A stretch of DNA of 64,000 nt from assembly GCA_021846325.1 (NCBI GenBank), contig JAJZBX010000006.1:13841-77840 (forward strand). The letters run 5' to 3'. The notes beneath the pieces were generated by a model. The model was given only the letters and a program-made list of their open reading frames with translations. It searched no databases and had not been told where the DNA came from. The translations under genes and the position numbers were made by a program. Positions within the stretch are counted from its first letter, which is position 1, and each line of letters starts with the position of its first letter. This document shows, piece by piece, positions 35,682 to 47,200 of this stretch. The stretch comes from Actinomycetes bacterium. Lineage in GTDB: Bacteria > Actinomycetota > Acidimicrobiia > Acidimicrobiales > RAAP-2.

Positions 35682-36913
35682 CGACGTGGCTCGCAACGGT
35701 GGATCCGCTCTTCGCCCACGGGGTAACCGCGGCGGTGCTGATCATTGTCCTGGTCAAGGTGGTCGTGGGCTTCGCCGCCCTCATGGGGTCGGTCACCCTG
35801 ATGATCTGGTTCGAGCGCAAGGCGATCTCGGACATGCAGAGTCGAATCGGACCGCAGCGGTGGGGCCCCTTCGGGATCCTCCAGACACTCGCCGACGGTA
35901 TCAAGCTCTTCTTCAAAGAGGACCTCGTGCCGGCCGAGGCCGATCGGTTCACCTTCAAGCTGGCCCCGTACCTCGTGCTGGTGCCGGCCCTGATCACCTT
36001 CGCCATCGTGCCCATTGGCGGCACTGTGGACATCGCCGGACACCCGGTGCTGCTGCAGGTCGCGAACCCGCCGATTGGGATCTTGCTGATGCTCGCGATG
36101 TCGGGCATCTCGGTCTACGGCGTGATCCTCGCCGGCTGGTCGTCGGGTTCGAAGTACCCGCTCATGTCGGCCGTTCGCGCCAGCGCCCAGATGATCAGCT
36201 ACGAGGCCGCCCTGGGCATGACGATCGTGACGATCGTGCTCGCCACCGGCTCGCTGTCGACCCACGACATCGTCGCGGCCCAGGCCCACGGCGTCTGGCA
36301 CTGGAACCTGATTCGACTCGGCGTCGTGCCCTTCGTGGTCTTTCTGATCGCCATCACGGCCGAGCTCAACCGTCCACCCTTTGACGTGGTGGAGGCCGAG
36401 ACCGAGTTGGTCGGCGGCTTTCACACCGAGTACTCGTCCTTGCGCTTCGCGCTCTTCTTCCTGGCCGAGTTCATGAACACGATCACGATGTCGGCGATCA
36501 TCGTGACCCTCTTCCTCGGCGGACCGGCGGGCTGGGTGCCCAACATCGCGCACGTCCGGTGGGTCTTTCCGATCCTCTGGTTCCTTGCCAAGACGGTGGG
36601 CTTCGCCTTCGCCTACGTGTGGTTCCGCGCCGCCCTGCCTCGGTTCCGCTACGACCAACTGATGGACCTCGGCTGGAAGCGCCTGATCCCCCTGAGTCTG
36701 GGGTGGATGCTGATCGTCGCCGGTTTCTTGATTCGTGCCTCGTGGGGCTTCTTGATGGCCGCGATGGTGATCCTCGCCTGGACGGTGCTGACGCGGGCCT
36801 TCACGCTCGGTCAATCGCGCGAGGAGGGCCGCGACGCGCTCCTGCCGACCGTCGGTGAGCGACCACTACCCGGGCGCGTGCTGCGCGCCTGGACCGACCG
36901 GGAGAAGGACTGA
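35678..36913 (+). CDS. nuoH: NADH-quinone oxidoreductase subunit H
   Basis: ERK...RIGP, LADGIKLFFKE, AELNRPPFD, GFHTEYS. Confidence 0.97.
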   Translation: MTTWLATVDPLFAHGVTAAVLIIVLVKVVVGFAALMGSVTLMIWFERKAISDMQSRIGPQRWGPFGILQTLADGIKLFFKEDLVPAEADRFTFKLAPYLVLVPALITFAIVPIGGTVDIAGHPVLLQVANPPIGILLMLAMSGISVYGVILAGWSSGSKYPLMSAVRASAQMISYEAALGMTIVTIVLATGSLSTHDIVAAQAHGVWHWNLIRLGVVPFVVFLIAITAELNRPPFDVVEAETELVGGFHTEYSSLRFALFFLAEFMNTITMSAIIVTLFLGGPAGWVPNIAHVRWVFPILWFLAKTVGFAFAYVWFRAALPRFRYDQLMDLGWKRLIPLSLGWMLIVAGFLIRASWGFLMAAMVILAWTVLTRAFTLGQSREEGRDALLPTVGERPLPGRVLRAWTDREKD

Positions 36914-37671
36914 TGGCCCGCCCCCTCGATTTCTTTGGCGGCTTCAAGCTCACGCTGCGTCACCTCGGCCGCGCGCGCGTGACCACGAGCTACCCCCAGG
37001 CCAAGCGCCCCAAGCAGCCGCGCCAGCACGGGCGCCACGTGCTCAACCGCTACGAGGACGGCATGGAGAAGTGCATCGGGTGCGAGCTGTGCGCCGGGGT
37101 GTGCCCCGTGGACTGCATCTACGTGCGCGGTCTGGACAACCCGCCCGATCACCCGGTGAGCCCGGGGGAGCGCTACGGCTACGTCTACGAGATCAACTAC
37201 TTGCGCTGCATTCACTGCGACCTGTGCGTGGAGGCCTGCCCGACCCAGGCGATCACCGAGTCCAAGCTCTTCGAGTTCTCCTTCACCAACCGGGCCGACG
37301 CCATCTACACCAAGGCCGAGCTGCTCGTCGACGATAAGGGCTTCCCCCAGCGGCTGCCGTGGGAGGACTGGCGCGAGGGCGAGGCGGCGATGACCGGCGG
37401 TTGGATGCGCGCGACCTCACCCTCGGGAGCCGCCGACTTTGAGGGTGTCGTGCAGTGGACGGCCGACTTGGGCGCCGGCGTGCGCGCCGCCGAAGCTGGG
37501 CAGTCCGAGCATCGCGACGACGAGGCGACCGGCTCCAAGCAATTGCGCACGGCCTTCTTTCGCCACCTCCAGCCCGACGACATACCGACCGGTCTGCGCG
37601 GACTCAAGGCACGCCTGCTCGCGACTCGGGCCACAACACCCAAAGTGCACGACGCGGGAGACGAGCAATGA
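36913..37671 (+). CDS. nuoI: NADH-quinone oxidoreductase subunit I with C-terminal extension
   Basis: [12 protein letters not shown] and [12 protein letters not shown]. Confidence 0.95.
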   Translation: MARPLDFFGGFKLTLRHLGRARVTTSYPQAKRPKQPRQHGRHVLNRYEDGMEKCIGCELCAGVCPVDCIYVRGLDNPPDHPVSPGERYGYVYEINYLRCIHCDLCVEACPTQAITESKLFEFSFTNRADAIYTKAELLVDDKGFPQRLPWEDWREGEAAMTGGWMRATSPSGAADFEGVVQWTADLGAGVRAAEAGQSEHRDDEATGSKQLRTAFFRHLQPDDIPTGLRGLKARLLATRATTPKVHDAGDEQ

Positions 37672-38240
37672 TCGCTACCGCCTACGCCATTCCGAGCGTG
37701 TTGGTCTTTCTCACCGCCGCGCTACTGATCCTGGTCGGCGCGGTGGGGGTTCTGGCGATGCGCAACCCGGTCCACTCGGCGCTCAGCCTCATCATGACCC
37801 TCTTCGGCGTGGCCGTCGCTTTCGTCGCCCAGTCCGCCGACTTCCTCGCCGCGGTGCAGGTGATCGTCTACGCCGGAGCGATCGTGGTGCTCTTCTTGTT
37901 CGTCATCATGTTCCTCGGGGTCGACCGACGCGAGGACGTTCGCGTCGAGCCGCTCGTTGGCCAGCGCGTCTTCGCCGGGATCGGCGTCGTGATCACCGTG
38001 GCCGGCCTGATCACGCTGCTCGCGCGGTCGCACTGGGTGACCGGCGCGATCGCGGTGTCCTCGTCGGGCCGGGCGCTGTCGACGGGCTCGGGCAACGTCA
38101 CCCAGCTCGGCGGGGCCGTGTTCACGACGTACCTCTTCGCCTTCGAGGCCACGGCCGCCCTGCTGATCATCGCGGTCGTCGGCGCCGTGCTGCTCGCGCG
38201 GCGCGAACGGGCCGCCGACGCACCAGGGGGCGACGCATGA
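37668..38240 (+). CDS. nuoJ: NADH-quinone oxidoreductase subunit J
   Basis: [30 protein letters not shown]. Confidence 0.95.
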   Translation: MIATAYAIPSVLVFLTAALLILVGAVGVLAMRNPVHSALSLIMTLFGVAVAFVAQSADFLAAVQVIVYAGAIVVLFLFVIMFLGVDRREDVRVEPLVGQRVFAGIGVVITVAGLITLLARSHWVTGAIAVSSSGRALSTGSGNVTQLGGAVFTTYLFAFEATAALLIIAVVGAVLLARRERAADAPGGDA

Positions 38241-38542
38241 ATGTTCCGGCGGCGTGGTACCTCGTCCTCGCGGCGGTGCTCTTTGGCATCGGCGCCTTCG
38301 GGCTGCTGACCCGGCGCAGCGCGCTGATCATGTTCATGTGCATCGAATTGATGCTCAACGCGGTGAACCTGACTTTCGTGACCTTCTCGCGCACGCTCAG
38401 CGACATTGGCGGGCAGGCCGCCGTCTTTTTCGTCATGGTGGTCGCCGCGGCCGAGGTCACCGTGGGCTTGGGCATCGTGGTGTCGGTCTTCCGTCGACGC
38501 GCCTCGACGTCGGTCGACGAACTCTCCGAGATGAAGGGTTGA
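38237..38542 (+). CDS. nuoK: NADH-quinone oxidoreductase subunit K
   Basis: [21 protein letters not shown]. Confidence 0.96.
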   Translation: MNVPAAWYLVLAAVLFGIGAFGLLTRRSALIMFMCIELMLNAVNLTFVTFSRTLSDIGGQAAVFFVMVVAAAEVTVGLGIVVSVFRRRASTSVDELSEMKG

Positions 38543-38543
38543 G

Positions 38544-40415
38544 ATGGCACACGTCGCGACACTGATCCTGCTGCTGCCCCTCGCCGGCTTCCTCGTGCTT
38601 TTGCTCTTCGGGCGGGCGCTGGGGGAGAAGGCGGTCGGGGCGATTGGCACGTCGGCGGTGACGCTGAGCTTCGTCTTCAGCGTCGTGGCCTTCGTCGCGC
38701 TGCTGCACGACAGCCGACGCGAAATCACGGTGAACCTCTTCAGCTGGATTGACGTGGGCACGCTGCACGTGCCCGCCGCGCTGCTGATCGACCCGCTCTC
38801 GGTGACTATGGCGCTCTTCGTCACCGGCATCTCGGCGTTGATCCACCTCTACTCGATCGGCTACATGCACGGCGAGCGAGACTTTCGCAAGTTCTTCCTC
38901 TACCTCAATCTCTTCGTCTTCTCGATGCTCACGCTGGTGCTCGCCAACAATCTGGTGATGACGTTCGTCGGGTGGGAGGGCGTCGGCCTCTGCTCCTACT
39001 GGCTCATCAGCTACTACTTCGATCGCGACACGGCGGCCTCGGCGGGCAAGAAGGCCTTCATCTACAACCGCGTGGGTGACGTCGGCATGCTCGTCGCGAT
39101 GTTCCTGCTGTTCAGCCACCTGCACACCCTCACCTACCTCAGCATCTTCGCCGGGGCCGGCACCCTGTCGCCGACGATCGCGACGCTGAGCGTGCTCGCG
39201 CTCCTGCTGGCGGCGACCGGCAAGAGCGCCCAGATTCCCCTCTTCAACTGGCTCCCCGACGCGATGGAGGGTCCGACGCCCGTGTCGGCGCTGATTCACG
39301 CCGCGACCATGGTCACCGCCGGTGTCTACCTGCTCGTTCGCATGGCGCCGGTGCTCGCGTTGTCCTCGTCGGGGCGCGCGAGCATTGCCGTCGTGGGCGG
39401 CGTGACGGCCTTTGTCGCCGCCACCATCGCCACGTCCCAAAAGGACATCAAAAAGGTCCTCGCCTTCTCGACGGTCTCCCAGATCGGGTACATGGTGCTC
39501 GCGGTGGGCGCCGGCGCCTACTCGGCCGCGATCTTTCTGATGATCAGCCACGCCTTCTTTAAGGCCCTGCTCTTTCTCGGATCGGGCTCGGTGATTCACT
39601 CGCTCAACGGCGAACAGGACCTGCGCAAGATGGGCGGTCTCGCCAAGTACCTGCCGCTGACCTTTCCGACCTTTCTGATCGGCTGGCTCGCGATCTCGGG
39701 CATTCCGCCCTTCGCCGGGTTCTGGTCCAAGGGCGACGTGCTCACGAACGTGTACGGCTACTCCAAGTGGCTCTGGATGCTCGGCGTCGCGACCGCGATC
39801 CTCACGGCGTACTACATGAGCCGGCTCTTCGTGCTCACGTTCCGCGGCACGGAGCGGTTCCGCGAGGTGACCCACGGTCACGACCCGCACGAGTCGCCGT
39901 GGGTCATGACCGTCCCGCTGGTGGTGCTGGCCGCGCTGGCGACCCTCGGCGGGGTCATCGACCTGCCCTGGATCCACCACAACTCGCTGGCCGGCTTTCT
40001 CAACCCGACCTTCGGGTTCATCCCCGCCGCGGGCCACTCGTCGACGCTCGCGCAGACGACGCTCGCCGGCGTGGACTTCGTCGCGGCCATTGTCGGGCTG
40101 AGCGCCGCCTTCGCCGTCTGGCGAAACCGCTCATCGTCACCGCGCTACGAGCGAGTGTTCCTCGAACGCGTGTGGCGCTGGGATGACTTCTATGACGCGA
40201 CGATCGGTCGGCCGCTCACCGAGGGCGCCCACTTCGCCGACGCGGTCGTCGAGCCGCGACTGGTCGACGGTGCCGTGACCGCGATCGCCGTCGGCGTGCG
40301 CCGCAGCGCCGAAGGCGTGCGCAAGGTCCAGTCGGGCTTCGCGCGCCACTACGCGCTCGCCATGGTCCTGGGCTTGAGCGTGATCGTCGTCTATCTCGTG
40401 GCGAGGGTGGGGTAA
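38544..40415 (+). CDS. nuoL: NADH-quinone oxidoreductase subunit L
   Basis: GWEGVG, GKSAQIP, WLPDAMEGPTPVSALIHAATMV, HAFFKALLFL. Confidence 0.97.
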   Translation: MAHVATLILLLPLAGFLVLLLFGRALGEKAVGAIGTSAVTLSFVFSVVAFVALLHDSRREITVNLFSWIDVGTLHVPAALLIDPLSVTMALFVTGISALIHLYSIGYMHGERDFRKFFLYLNLFVFSMLTLVLANNLVMTFVGWEGVGLCSYWLISYYFDRDTAASAGKKAFIYNRVGDVGMLVAMFLLFSHLHTLTYLSIFAGAGTLSPTIATLSVLALLLAATGKSAQIPLFNWLPDAMEGPTPVSALIHAATMVTAGVYLLVRMAPVLALSSSGRASIAVVGGVTAFVAATIATSQKDIKKVLAFSTVSQIGYMVLAVGAGAYSAAIFLMISHAFFKALLFLGSGSVIHSLNGEQDLRKMGGLAKYLPLTFPTFLIGWLAISGIPPFAGFWSKGDVLTNVYGYSKWLWMLGVATAILTAYYMSRLFVLTFRGTERFREVTHGHDPHESPWVMTVPLVVLAALATLGGVIDLPWIHHNSLAGFLNPTFGFIPAAGHSSTLAQTTLAGVDFVAAIVGLSAAFAVWRNRSSSPRYERVFLERVWRWDDFYDATIGRPLTEGAHFADAVVEPRLVDGAVTAIAVGVRRSAEGVRKVQSGFARHYALAMVLGLSVIVVYLVARVG

Positions 40416-40417
40416 GC

Positions 40418-41917
40418 ATGCACTCGTCACTTTGGTTGAGCGCGCTCATCGTGCTGCCCCTCGTGGGGGCGGGACTCGCCGCGCTGGTGCGACGGCGCGA
40501 CGGCGCGGCCTACGCCGTCGCGCTCGTGACCTCGATCGTGGAGTTGGGCCTCACCTTGGTGGTCGTCGGGCTCTACAACAATCACGTCGCCGGCGCCCAG
40601 ACCTTTGACTTCGTGGGCCGATGGGTCGTGGCCGCTCCCTTCGGGCTGGCCTATGACGTGGCCCTCGACGGGATCTCGCTGTTCCTGGTCGTGCTGGCCG
40701 CGCTCGTGCTCGTGCTCTCGTTGCTCGGCGGGCGCGACCGGCGACGCGAGGCCTCCTTCGTGGGGTGGCTCCTCGCGCTGACCTCGTTCACCATCGGCAG
40801 TTTCGTCGCCCACGACCTGCTCGAGTTCTTCATCTTCTTCGAGTTGACCCTGGTGCCGAGTTACTTCATCATCGCCCAGTGGGGGGGTCGCGAACGTTCG
40901 CGGGCCGCACTGAAGTTCTTCGTGTACACCTTCGCCGGATCGGCGTTCTTGTTCGCGGGACTGCTCTACCTCGGCTTCTTGCACCAGCACCAGACCGGGG
41001 GACCGCTGACCTTTGCCTACGGGGCCCTCGCGGCTACCTCGATGAGTACTGGCACCGCGGTGTGGCTGTTCAGCGCCTTCGCGATCGCCTTCGCCGTGAA
41101 ATCGCCGATCTGGCCGCTGCACACGTGGTCGCCCTTGGCCTACGCCGAGGCGCCCACCGCGGGTTCCATCGAGCTGTCCGGCCTGCTCGCCAAGCTCGGC
41201 TCCTACGGCCTCTTACGCTTCGCGGTGGGCCTCTTCCCGCTGGCGCTCGCCTCGATGCGACCGGTGCTGCTCACGCTGGCGGTGATCGGGATCATCTACG
41301 GGTCGGCCCTCGCGGCCGTGACGCCCGATCTGAAGCGGCTAGTGGCGTACTCGTCGCTCGCCCAGATGGGCTTCATCACCCTGGGCGTGGTGACCGGGTC
41401 CCAGATCGCCATGGTGGGCGCGGTGCTCTTGATGTTCAACCACGGCGTCATCACCGCGGGCTTCTTTCTCATCATCGGCTTCGTCGAGCGACGCCGGGCC
41501 AGCGCGACCATTGCGGACCTGCGCGGTCTGCAGGGACCCGCGCCGATACTCGCCGCGCTGTTCACGGTGGTGATGCTCGCGTCGATCGGCCTGCCGGGAC
41601 TGTCGGGCTTCGTGAGCGAGTACCTCATCTTGATCGGTACCTTCGCGACGCACACCTGGTGGGCGGTGGTGGCGACCCTTGGCGTGGTGCTCGCCGCGCT
41701 CTACCTCCTGTGGGCCTACCAACGCGTCTTCCACGGCGTGGCCACTGACGAGAACGCCGCGATCACCGACGCTAGTCATCCGGAGCGCTGGATCATCGCG
41801 CCGGTCGTCGTGCTCATCGTCGTCCTCGGGGTGTTTCCCAAGCCGGTGCTGGACCGCATCACGCCGTCGGTCCAGCAACTCATCGAGCACGTCGCACCGT
41901 CGGGGGTGACCAAGTGA
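40418..41917 (+). CDS. nuoM: NADH-quinone oxidoreductase subunit M
   Basis: AFAVKSPIWPLHTW, LAKLGSYG, DLKRLVAYSS, GLPGLSGFVSE. Confidence 0.96.
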   Translation: MHSSLWLSALIVLPLVGAGLAALVRRRDGAAYAVALVTSIVELGLTLVVVGLYNNHVAGAQTFDFVGRWVVAAPFGLAYDVALDGISLFLVVLAALVLVLSLLGGRDRRREASFVGWLLALTSFTIGSFVAHDLLEFFIFFELTLVPSYFIIAQWGGRERSRAALKFFVYTFAGSAFLFAGLLYLGFLHQHQTGGPLTFAYGALAATSMSTGTAVWLFSAFAIAFAVKSPIWPLHTWSPLAYAEAPTAGSIELSGLLAKLGSYGLLRFAVGLFPLALASMRPVLLTLAVIGIIYGSALAAVTPDLKRLVAYSSLAQMGFITLGVVTGSQIAMVGAVLLMFNHGVITAGFFLIIGFVERRRASATIADLRGLQGPAPILAALFTVVMLASIGLPGLSGFVSEYLILIGTFATHTWWAVVATLGVVLAALYLLWAYQRVFHGVATDENAAITDASHPERWIIAPVVVLIVVLGVFPKPVLDRITPSVQQLIEHVAPSGVTK

Positions 41918-43386
41918 GCGTCACGATACCCTCGATCCACTACCTCGCTCTGGCGCCGGTGCTGATTCTCTTCGGGGCCTCGCTCGTGCTGGTGCTCGCG
42001 ACGGCCCTCGTGCGCGGCAAGGTGGCCGGCGCCCTCGCGACCGCGGTGACGGTGCTCGCTTCGATCGCCGCTTTCGTGGTGACCTTCATCCAGTGGTCCT
42101 ACGTCGACCACCACGGCGCCTCGACGACCGTCGCGCACGCGATCGTGCTCGACGGCTTCTCCATCGTCGCGACGGCGGTGATCGTGCTCAGCCTGGCGCT
42201 GGCGGCGCTCGTGGCGCACGACTGGGCGAGGCGCCATCACGTCTCGGGCGCCGAGTACCAGATCCTCGCGCTCGCGACGGCGGCCGGGGCGGTGCTGATG
42301 ACCCAGGCCAACGACCTCATCGTCATCTTCCTCGGCCTGGAGATCCTCTCGATCGGGCTCTACGTGCTCGTCGCCTTCGACCGCCAGCGCGCCACGTCGG
42401 CCGAGGCCGCGCTGAAGTACTTCCTGCTCGGTAGCTTCGCTTCGGCGATCTTCGTCTACGGCGCCGCCCTCGTCTACGGCGCCACCGGTTCGACCAACCT
42501 GTCGACGATCTCGTACTTCCTCGGCTCGAACGTGCTGCTGCGCCCCGGTCTGCTCTACGCGGGCGGGGCCCTGCTGCTGGTCGGCTTCGCCTTCAAGATC
42601 GCGGCCGTCCCGTTCCACCTGTGGTCACCCGACGTCTACGAGGGCGCGCCGACCCCGGTGACCGGCTACATGGCCGCGGTCGTCAAGGTGGGCGCCTTCG
42701 CGGCGCTGATCCGGGTCCTGATCTCGGCACTCGGCACGCAACTGACCACGTGGCGCCCCATCATCTGGGCACTCGTGGTGCTCACGACGCTGGTCGGTGC
42801 GTCGCTGGCGCTCGTCCAGCGCAACGTGAAGCGAATCCTCGCCTACTCGTCGATCAACCACGCGGGCTTTGTGCTGCTGGGGGTCTGGGCGGCGACCTCG
42901 CGCGGCACGGCCGCCACGCTCTTCTACCTCGCGACCTACGCGCCGGTCGTCGTGGCGAGCTTCGCCGTGGTGACCCTCGTCGGCGGTGACGGCGACGACC
43001 AACACTCGATCGATCACTACCGAGGACTGGCCCGGCGTCAGCCGTGGCTCGGCGGCGCGCTCGCGGTCCTGCTGCTCAGCCAACTCGGGGTGCCCCTGAC
43101 GACCGGCTTCTACGCGAAGTACGCCGTGCTCGCCGCGGCGGTCGACGCCGGCGGCGGCGCGCTCGCCCTGATCTCGCTGCTCGGTGCGGCGATCGCGGCC
43201 TTCTTCTACCTGCGCTGGGTACTCACGCTCTACGCCGACGACCAGATCGACGCGGCCCGCGTCGCCGTGCCGCGCGCGACCGGGGTCGTCATCGCGCTCG
43301 GCGTCGCGGTGACCATCGTCTTCGGGGTGTGGCCCGGACCCCTCGCCGCGCTCGCCCAGCACGCCACCGTCCTGTTCGCGCCGTGA
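41914..43386 (+). CDS. nuoN: NADH-quinone oxidoreductase subunit N
   Basis: EAALKYFLLG, FKIAAVPFHLWSPDVYEGAP, KRILAYSSINH. Confidence 0.96.
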   Translation: MSVTIPSIHYLALAPVLILFGASLVLVLATALVRGKVAGALATAVTVLASIAAFVVTFIQWSYVDHHGASTTVAHAIVLDGFSIVATAVIVLSLALAALVAHDWARRHHVSGAEYQILALATAAGAVLMTQANDLIVIFLGLEILSIGLYVLVAFDRQRATSAEAALKYFLLGSFASAIFVYGAALVYGATGSTNLSTISYFLGSNVLLRPGLLYAGGALLLVGFAFKIAAVPFHLWSPDVYEGAPTPVTGYMAAVVKVGAFAALIRVLISALGTQLTTWRPIIWALVVLTTLVGASLALVQRNVKRILAYSSINHAGFVLLGVWAATSRGTAATLFYLATYAPVVVASFAVVTLVGGDGDDQHSIDHYRGLARRQPWLGGALAVLLLSQLGVPLTTGFYAKYAVLAAAVDAGGGALALISLLGAAIAAFFYLRWVLTLYADDQIDAARVAVPRATGVVIALGVAVTIVFGVWPGPLAALAQHATVLFAP

Positions 43387-44222
43387 GCCGCGTCGCCGTC
43401 GCGACGTCCACCAACGCCGAGGACCCCGATGCGCCGCACCTGTTCGCGGCGTTGGCCCGCGCCGGTGTCAGCGTTGACCTCGTCGCCTGGGACGCGCCGG
43501 CGAACTGGGACAACTACGACCTGGTGGTCGTGCGCTCGACCTGGGACTACGTGGCGCGCCGCGACGAGTTCCTCGACTGGGCGCGTCGGGTTCGTCGCCT
43601 CGCCAATCCCTTTCCGGTCCTCGAGTACTCGAGTGACAAGCACTACCTGGGCGACCTCGCCGCGCGCGGGCACCGGATCGTCCCCTCGACGTTTTGCGAC
43701 GTCGGCGACGTGCCGCGGTGGCCCGACGGCGACGTCGTGGTGAAGCCGACCGTCGGGGCCGGCTCAGCGGACGCCGCGCGCTACCGCGAGGACGAGCGTG
43801 AGGCCGCGACCGCCCACGTGGCGCGCCTGCACGACGCCGGTCGTGACGCGCTGCTCCAGCCCTACGTCGCCAGCGTCGACGAGCGCGGTGAACGCGCGGT
43901 CGTCGTGATCGATGGGAACTTTAGCCACGCGATGACCAAGGACGCGATGCTCAACGTCGACGCGGCCGCGCGCACGACCGACTTTCGGCACCGCCAGCTG
44001 CGCCGCGCCGAGGTCGAGCCGGACGCTCTCGAGGCCGCGATCGCGCTGCTCGACGACGAGCGCTTCGCCGACCTGCTCTACGCGCGCGTGGACCTGGTGG
44101 CGACCGAGGCGGGGTGGGCGTTGCTCGAGCTCGAGCTCGTCGAGCCGATGCTCTTTCTCACCTACGACGAGGCGGCGGCGGACCGACTGGCCGCGGGCAT
44201 CGCCCGGCGGGCCCGCGACTAG
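43383..44222 (+). CDS. RimK-like ATP-grasp protein
   Basis: DLVVVRSTWDY, SDKHYL, VVKPTVGAGS, LYARVD, LELELVEP; GTGA overlap with the nuoN stop. Confidence 0.85.
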   Translation: MSRVAVATSTNAEDPDAPHLFAALARAGVSVDLVAWDAPANWDNYDLVVVRSTWDYVARRDEFLDWARRVRRLANPFPVLEYSSDKHYLGDLAARGHRIVPSTFCDVGDVPRWPDGDVVVKPTVGAGSADAARYREDEREAATAHVARLHDAGRDALLQPYVASVDERGERAVVVIDGNFSHAMTKDAMLNVDAAARTTDFRHRQLRRAEVEPDALEAAIALLDDERFADLLYARVDLVATEAGWALLELELVEPMLFLTYDEAAADRLAAGIARRARD

Positions 44223-47200
44223 GGCCGACCGGCCGGGTGCTCGGCGCGCCGGGCGGCGGCCAGCACCTCGTCGGGCACGACGGTACCGGGCCGGTTGGCC
44301 GGGTCGTGGGTGAGAAAGCGGCCGAGCACCGGGATCTCGGTCAGCGACTCGGCGCGAAACGTCGCGGCGACGACCGGCACGAAGCTCTCGGCGGCCGGGT
44401 AGACGAGGTAGCGCGGCAGCCACGTGGGGTCGTATTTCGCGTTGAAGTGCCACAGGCTCTCGATCGGCAAGACGCCCGAGAGCCGCCGCAGGGCCCAGCG
44501 CTCTACGCGGGTGAAGGTCCCCTCGCCGCGCTCGCCGTCGAGCACCGAGCGAAAGGCGGCGAAGTTGAGGCTCAGCCCCTGGCCACCGGTTCCGCGCAGG
44601 TGCTCGATCGTCGAGCACAGCGCGTAGTCGATCAGGCCGTTGGGGTGCTCGCCGGGATCACGTCGCATCAGGTCGAGCGAGTAGCCGTGGATCGCCGGCG
44701 AGGGGACGAACTGGCAGACGGCCGCCGGCTGACCGGTGGGACCGTGCACGACGGTGAGCAGCAGGCCCTTGTCCTTGGGGTTGAACAGACGCCCGAGCAT
44801 CATCGAGAAGCCGCGTTCGGCCTCGCCGCGGCGCAGCATCGAGATGAGGTCGAGGATCGCCGGCACCCGCGCCGGGTCGATGTTACTGGGGTCGAGGAAC
44901 TCCACGGTGTAGCCCTTGCGCGCCAGGCGCGTGCGCGCCTGGCGTAGGCCCTTCATCTTGCCGCCCTCGAGGCTGAAGTGGCGACAGTCCACGATTGCCT
45001 CGTCGCCGAGGTAGAGCGAGTGCAGCCCCGCCGCGTGGTAGATCGGGAGCCAGTCCGCGCCCGCGCCCATGACGCCCACCGTCCAGGCCCGCGAGTCGGC
45101 GAAGGCCCGAAAGGAACTGAAGGCCTCGGATCGCTCGGCCTCGGGACCGATGGGGTCGGGCGAGACCAGGGCCACGCCGCCGTAGACGGCGTAGGCGACC
45201 AGCGAGTCGCGAAAGAAGAAGAACTGCTTGTCGTCGCGCAGCGCGAAGTAGTCGAGTGTCCCGCGCCCGTGACGACGCACGATCTCGCGCGCGCGCAGCT
45301 CAGCGAGGCGTCGCTCGGTGCTCGACGCGGTGCTCGAGAGCCGCCGGTCGACGACCGGCCGGGTCACGAGGTAGAGCGTGGACACGATGAGTGCGACCCC
45401 GACGGTGGTGAGCGTGGGATTGACGAAGTCGCCGATCCGGTCGGGCAGACCGATCGAGGTGATCCCGACGAGTCGCTCGAGGCTGGCGAGCACGACGGTC
45501 GCGAGGCCCGGTAGGGCGTGGTGACGCGAGGACGCCTCGATGCCGAGGGTCGCCGCGACGACGACGACGGCGCCGATAAGGGCCAGGCGCGGGAGGGCGG
45601 CGCGCACGCTGGTGCGGTCGGTCGTCGCCGCGAAGTGGGGCCGCTCGACGAGCAGCAGGGTGAGAATGACCACCGCGATGAGGGGCGACACGAGGCTGCC
45701 CGCGCGCACGACGTGAAAGACCGCGGTCGCCGCGACGACGACGACGGCCACGCTCCACGATCGGCGCTGGCCGCGACGAAGACCGCGCGCCAGCATGATC
45801 ATGGTCACGCCCGCCAGCGCAGTCAGGGCAGCCGCGTACTTCGCCGCGCCCAGGGGCAGGTAGGCCTCCACGGCGTGCAGGCGACTGCGCAGCGGGGGCA
45901 GCGAGGTCACCGTCACGTCGACGAGGCCGTCGAGAAAGATAATGCCGCTCACCAAGCGGCGGATAGTTCGCTGGCGGCGCTGGGCGGCCAGCCGGTCGAC
46001 GCTCACCGGGTAGGGGTTGCCGGTCGGCCAGGCGCCGCTCACCGCGGTGACGCCCGCCAGGTCGGGCTGAACCGGACTACCGGCCACGACCCGCTCGAGC
46101 AGGGTGGCGCGCCGTCGCGGGCTCTGGCCGGTGTAGAGGCGGACCTGGACGGTGCTCGCCGCCTCGACCTCGACGATGCCGAGTCGGTCGACCGAGGTGA
46201 AGACCGGGGGCAGGCCGAGCAGCCCGTGACGCTCGACGATGACGGTGCGCGACGGTCCCGGGGCCGCGCAGACGCCCCGATCCAAGAAGGCGAGCGCCGG
46301 GCGCGAGGTCCCGCCGATGACCGCACCGGCGCCGCCGCGTTCGGCGATGCGCCGCGCGAACTCGAGTGCGTCGACCTCGTCGACGTAGGTGTGGGCCAGC
46401 GGCTCGAAGTGGTGCGGGGTCGACTCGCGCGACTCACGGCCGAAGCGCCGTCGCACCAGCAGCCCGGCGACCGCTCCCACCAGCCCCTCGATGACCACGA
46501 TCACCAGGACCGTGGTCACGAGGTTGCCCCAGAAGCCGCTCGGGTGATGGGCGTGAATGCGCAGGTGCAGGGCCAGGTGCAGGTGACGGTCGGTGAGGTG
46601 ATTGAAGATCGAGGTCAGCGTGCTCCACAGGTCGATCACCAGCACCGCGACGATCGGCAGCCAGACCCAGCCGGCCAGTCGCCGGTAGAGCGTGCGCGAC
46701 GCGACGAAGCGCGCGAGCGCGTCGGGGTCCTCGAGTCGATCGGCGTCGGACCGGTCGCTCGGGTCGGCGCGCGAGGCGTCCACGACGCTCGTGCCGGCGG
46801 CAATCGCGAGGTCGCGCACGCCGTCGGCGGTGGCGACCTGGAGCATGAGGTCGCGCGCGAACTCGACGCCGAGCGCCCCGAGCGCGCGAACGGCCCGTGG
46901 GTCGGCGAGCCCGGCGTCGTCGGCGCCGGGCAGCACGAAGAGCCGGTGGTCGGCGTGGTCGGTGAAGGCGTGCAGGGCCGCCGCCAGCGTCGGCAGCGCG
47001 AGCAGCGTCTGGTCGAGGAACGTGGCGAGCTCGACGTGGGGGTCGGGGTGCAAGAAGTTGCCGGCCACCACCACGACCGCGGCGTCGTCGATGTCGCCGA
47101 GCAGCGCGATGAGCTCGCGCACCGGCCGCGAGGCGGGGTTGGTGGTCGGCGAGAGCGACAGGTCGCTGACGACGTAGACGTGCTGGCCGTAGGGGATTGG

